A stretch of 62,090 bases of DNA, counting the filler, from Globobulimina sp. (Eukaryota): assembly GCA_003354225.1 (NCBI GenBank). It is 23 parts of 23 records of this genome, joined end to end, with 100 filler letters (N's around TTAATTAATTAA, not from the genome) between each part and the next. Parts side by side here need not be neighbours in the genome. Positions count along the whole stretch, not along the records: positions 59,489 to 62,090 come from PIVH01005783.1; 22 more parts are not named here. One strand, 5' to 3'. Shown here piece after piece: positions 60,697 to 62,090 of the stretch; the stretch's first letter is position 1, and each line of letters starts with the position of its first letter. The position numbers and the translations under genes were made by a program. The notes beneath the pieces are model-generated. The model saw only the letters and a list, made by a program, of their open reading frames with translations. It was not told where the DNA came from and ran no database searches.

Positions 60697-62090
60697 TTAC
60701 CAATGGTGTCTATGTTCCTCTGTACTCTGTGCTGTAAATTTATGTTTTTGATCAATATTATTAACATAATATTTGGCTGGAGTGCGTTTCAAATCATCCC
60801 ATTTATTTTCCCATTTTTTAACAGAGTTTCTTAAATCATATATTTCATCTTTTAGTTTGTTGATATCTCCGTACATATTCTGCTCAATGGAGAAACTGTA
60901 TGATCCCGACCTTGATCCTAAGCCTAAGCCATGTTTATTTACCATCCCATCATATTTTGATTGCAAATGCTTATGATCAACCACTAAATGATCATACTCT
61001 TTTTTTATATCCTTCAATTCATCCAATTCATTCGCATACTTTTCAATTTCATTCGCATTGTTTTCTTGCAATTCTTGTGATTCCTTTTGTATTTTGCCCA
61101 TTGTTTCTTTGATGTTTTCAATCTCATTCTCTTTCTTCGATACGTTTTCACACAAATTACCAAACTTTTTCTCAATTAATGTGTGATAGTCATTGAAATT
61201 ATTGCCCATATTTTCGATACATTTCTGGTATTTGCGGTTTCCAAATAAAACAATTTCATCCAACATATTTATACAATTATTATACACATCACTTCTAATA
61301 AAATCATCATTGCTTTTCTCATTATCATTGATTATTAATTCCGATTTATGTTCAATTTCATTTTTTAACTTCAACAGTATATCATAAAAAGCATCAAAAT
61401 CATTGACAATGACTTTGTGGTCTTTTTGTGTTTGCGTTTTCTTGACCAAAGCTTCATTCATTTTGCTTAATTTATCTATATTTAGCTGTTTACCGTCTAA
61501 TTCTTTTCTCAATTTTTGATTTTCTGCTGTAAACAGCGACAATTGACTGACAATACTTATATTTGATTGTCGCTCTTTGTTTCGTTCTTTATTCTGATAC
61601 GAAATTAATTCGTTTTGGGTTATTCTAAATTGCTTGGAAATACCATTTAGTTCTTGTTGTAACTCTTTCGAATATTTACGAATGCTCGATATTTCAACCT
61701 GTAATTTGTCGTTTTTATCCAAAATTCTTTTCTTCTCTTTTTCGTAACAATTTGCATCGGCATTTGCCTTTTGTAGCTGCAGATGATATTGTCCTTCTTT
61801 TTGAGTGTATAAATTGGCGTTTTCTGCTATAATTGTATTCAGTTCATTAATTTTATCGTTTTTGTTGAATAATTCTTGTGAAAAAATGTCAATTTGATTT
61901 TGCAATGAAGAATTTTGTTGAACCAATTCTTTTTTACTCTGTTTATTTTCATTCAAATGGCTTTCTAACTCAATTAGCGTCTCTCTCATTTCTTTATTTT
62001 CCGCGGCTTCTTTGTATCTGTAACTATCAATTTGTTTTTGCAGACCTTTGGATAAAGCAGTTTTTTTCTGTAATGTATTTGAAATATCTT
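60697..62090 (-). CDS. long coiled-coil protein, 5'-truncated
   Basis: More than 430 aa of heptad-rich sequence, open to the window end. Confidence 0.6.
   Translation of the reverse strand, partial: DISNTLQKKTALSKGLQKQIDSYRYKEAAENKEMRETLIELESHLNENKQSKKELVQQNSSLQNQIDIFSQELFNKNDKINELNTIIAENANLYTQKEGQYHLQLQKANADANCYEKEKKRILDKNDKLQVEISSIRKYSKELQQELNGISKQFRITQNELISYQNKERNKERQSNISIVSQLSLFTAENQKLRKELDGKQLNIDKLSKMNEALVKKTQTQKDHKVIVNDFDAFYDILLKLKNEIEHKSELIINDNEKSNDDFIRSDVYNNCINMLDEIVLFGNRKYQKCIENMGNNFNDYHTLIEKKFGNLCENVSKKENEIENIKETMGKIQKESQELQENNANEIEKYANELDELKDIKKEYDHLVVDHKHLQSKYDGMVNKHGLGLGSRSGSYSFSIEQNMYGDINKLKDEIYDLRNSVKKWENKWDDLKRTPAKYYVNNIDQKHKFTAQSTEEHRHHW

Noticed and set aside
1-62090. Alternative nuclear genetic code suggested by broken ORFs
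   Set aside because: Breaks are explained by GT-AG introns; conserved genes end in TAA, TAG and TGA with no in-frame stops in exons

Overview
This window is not one locus. It is 23 unrelated contigs of about 2.6 kb (2606 bp decreasing to 2602 bp, i.e. size-sorted), joined by artificial 100-bp spacers (N44-TTAATTAATTAA-N44), so nothing can be inferred across spacers. Most contigs are very AT-rich eukaryotic DNA with short (about 50-130 nt) GT-AG introns. A divergent 18S rRNA fragment and the gene families present point to a foraminifer (Rhizaria). Many contigs contain truncated genes abutting unrelated ones, as expected for whole-genome-amplification chimeras. Recognisable genes: DNAJC8, a dual-specificity phosphatase, a 7TM-RGS protein, nadC, several SAM-domain fusions, a U-box ligase, NF-YA, a caspase-like C14 peptidase, an SR protein, a divergent histone H2B end, a Ras-like GTPase, an SVOP-like MFS transporter, eIF2B-alpha, an RCC1 protein, two tRNA-Ala(CGC) genes and non-LTR retroelement fragments. 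One contig carries a bacterial fragment (FlgD-Ig-tailed protein, capB, capC'). The most interesting candidates are: (i) an expanded, modular ADP-ribosyltransferase-like family, including a PUB-ART fusion; (ii) an array of GNA-triloop hairpins next to a 187-nt imperfect fold-back; (iii) a tandem pair of small CaaX proteins with PP1-docking-like motifs; (iv) an H2B variant lacking the K120-equivalent lysine and a Ras with a natural Q61R. All family assignments come from motif recognition by eye; no searches were run.
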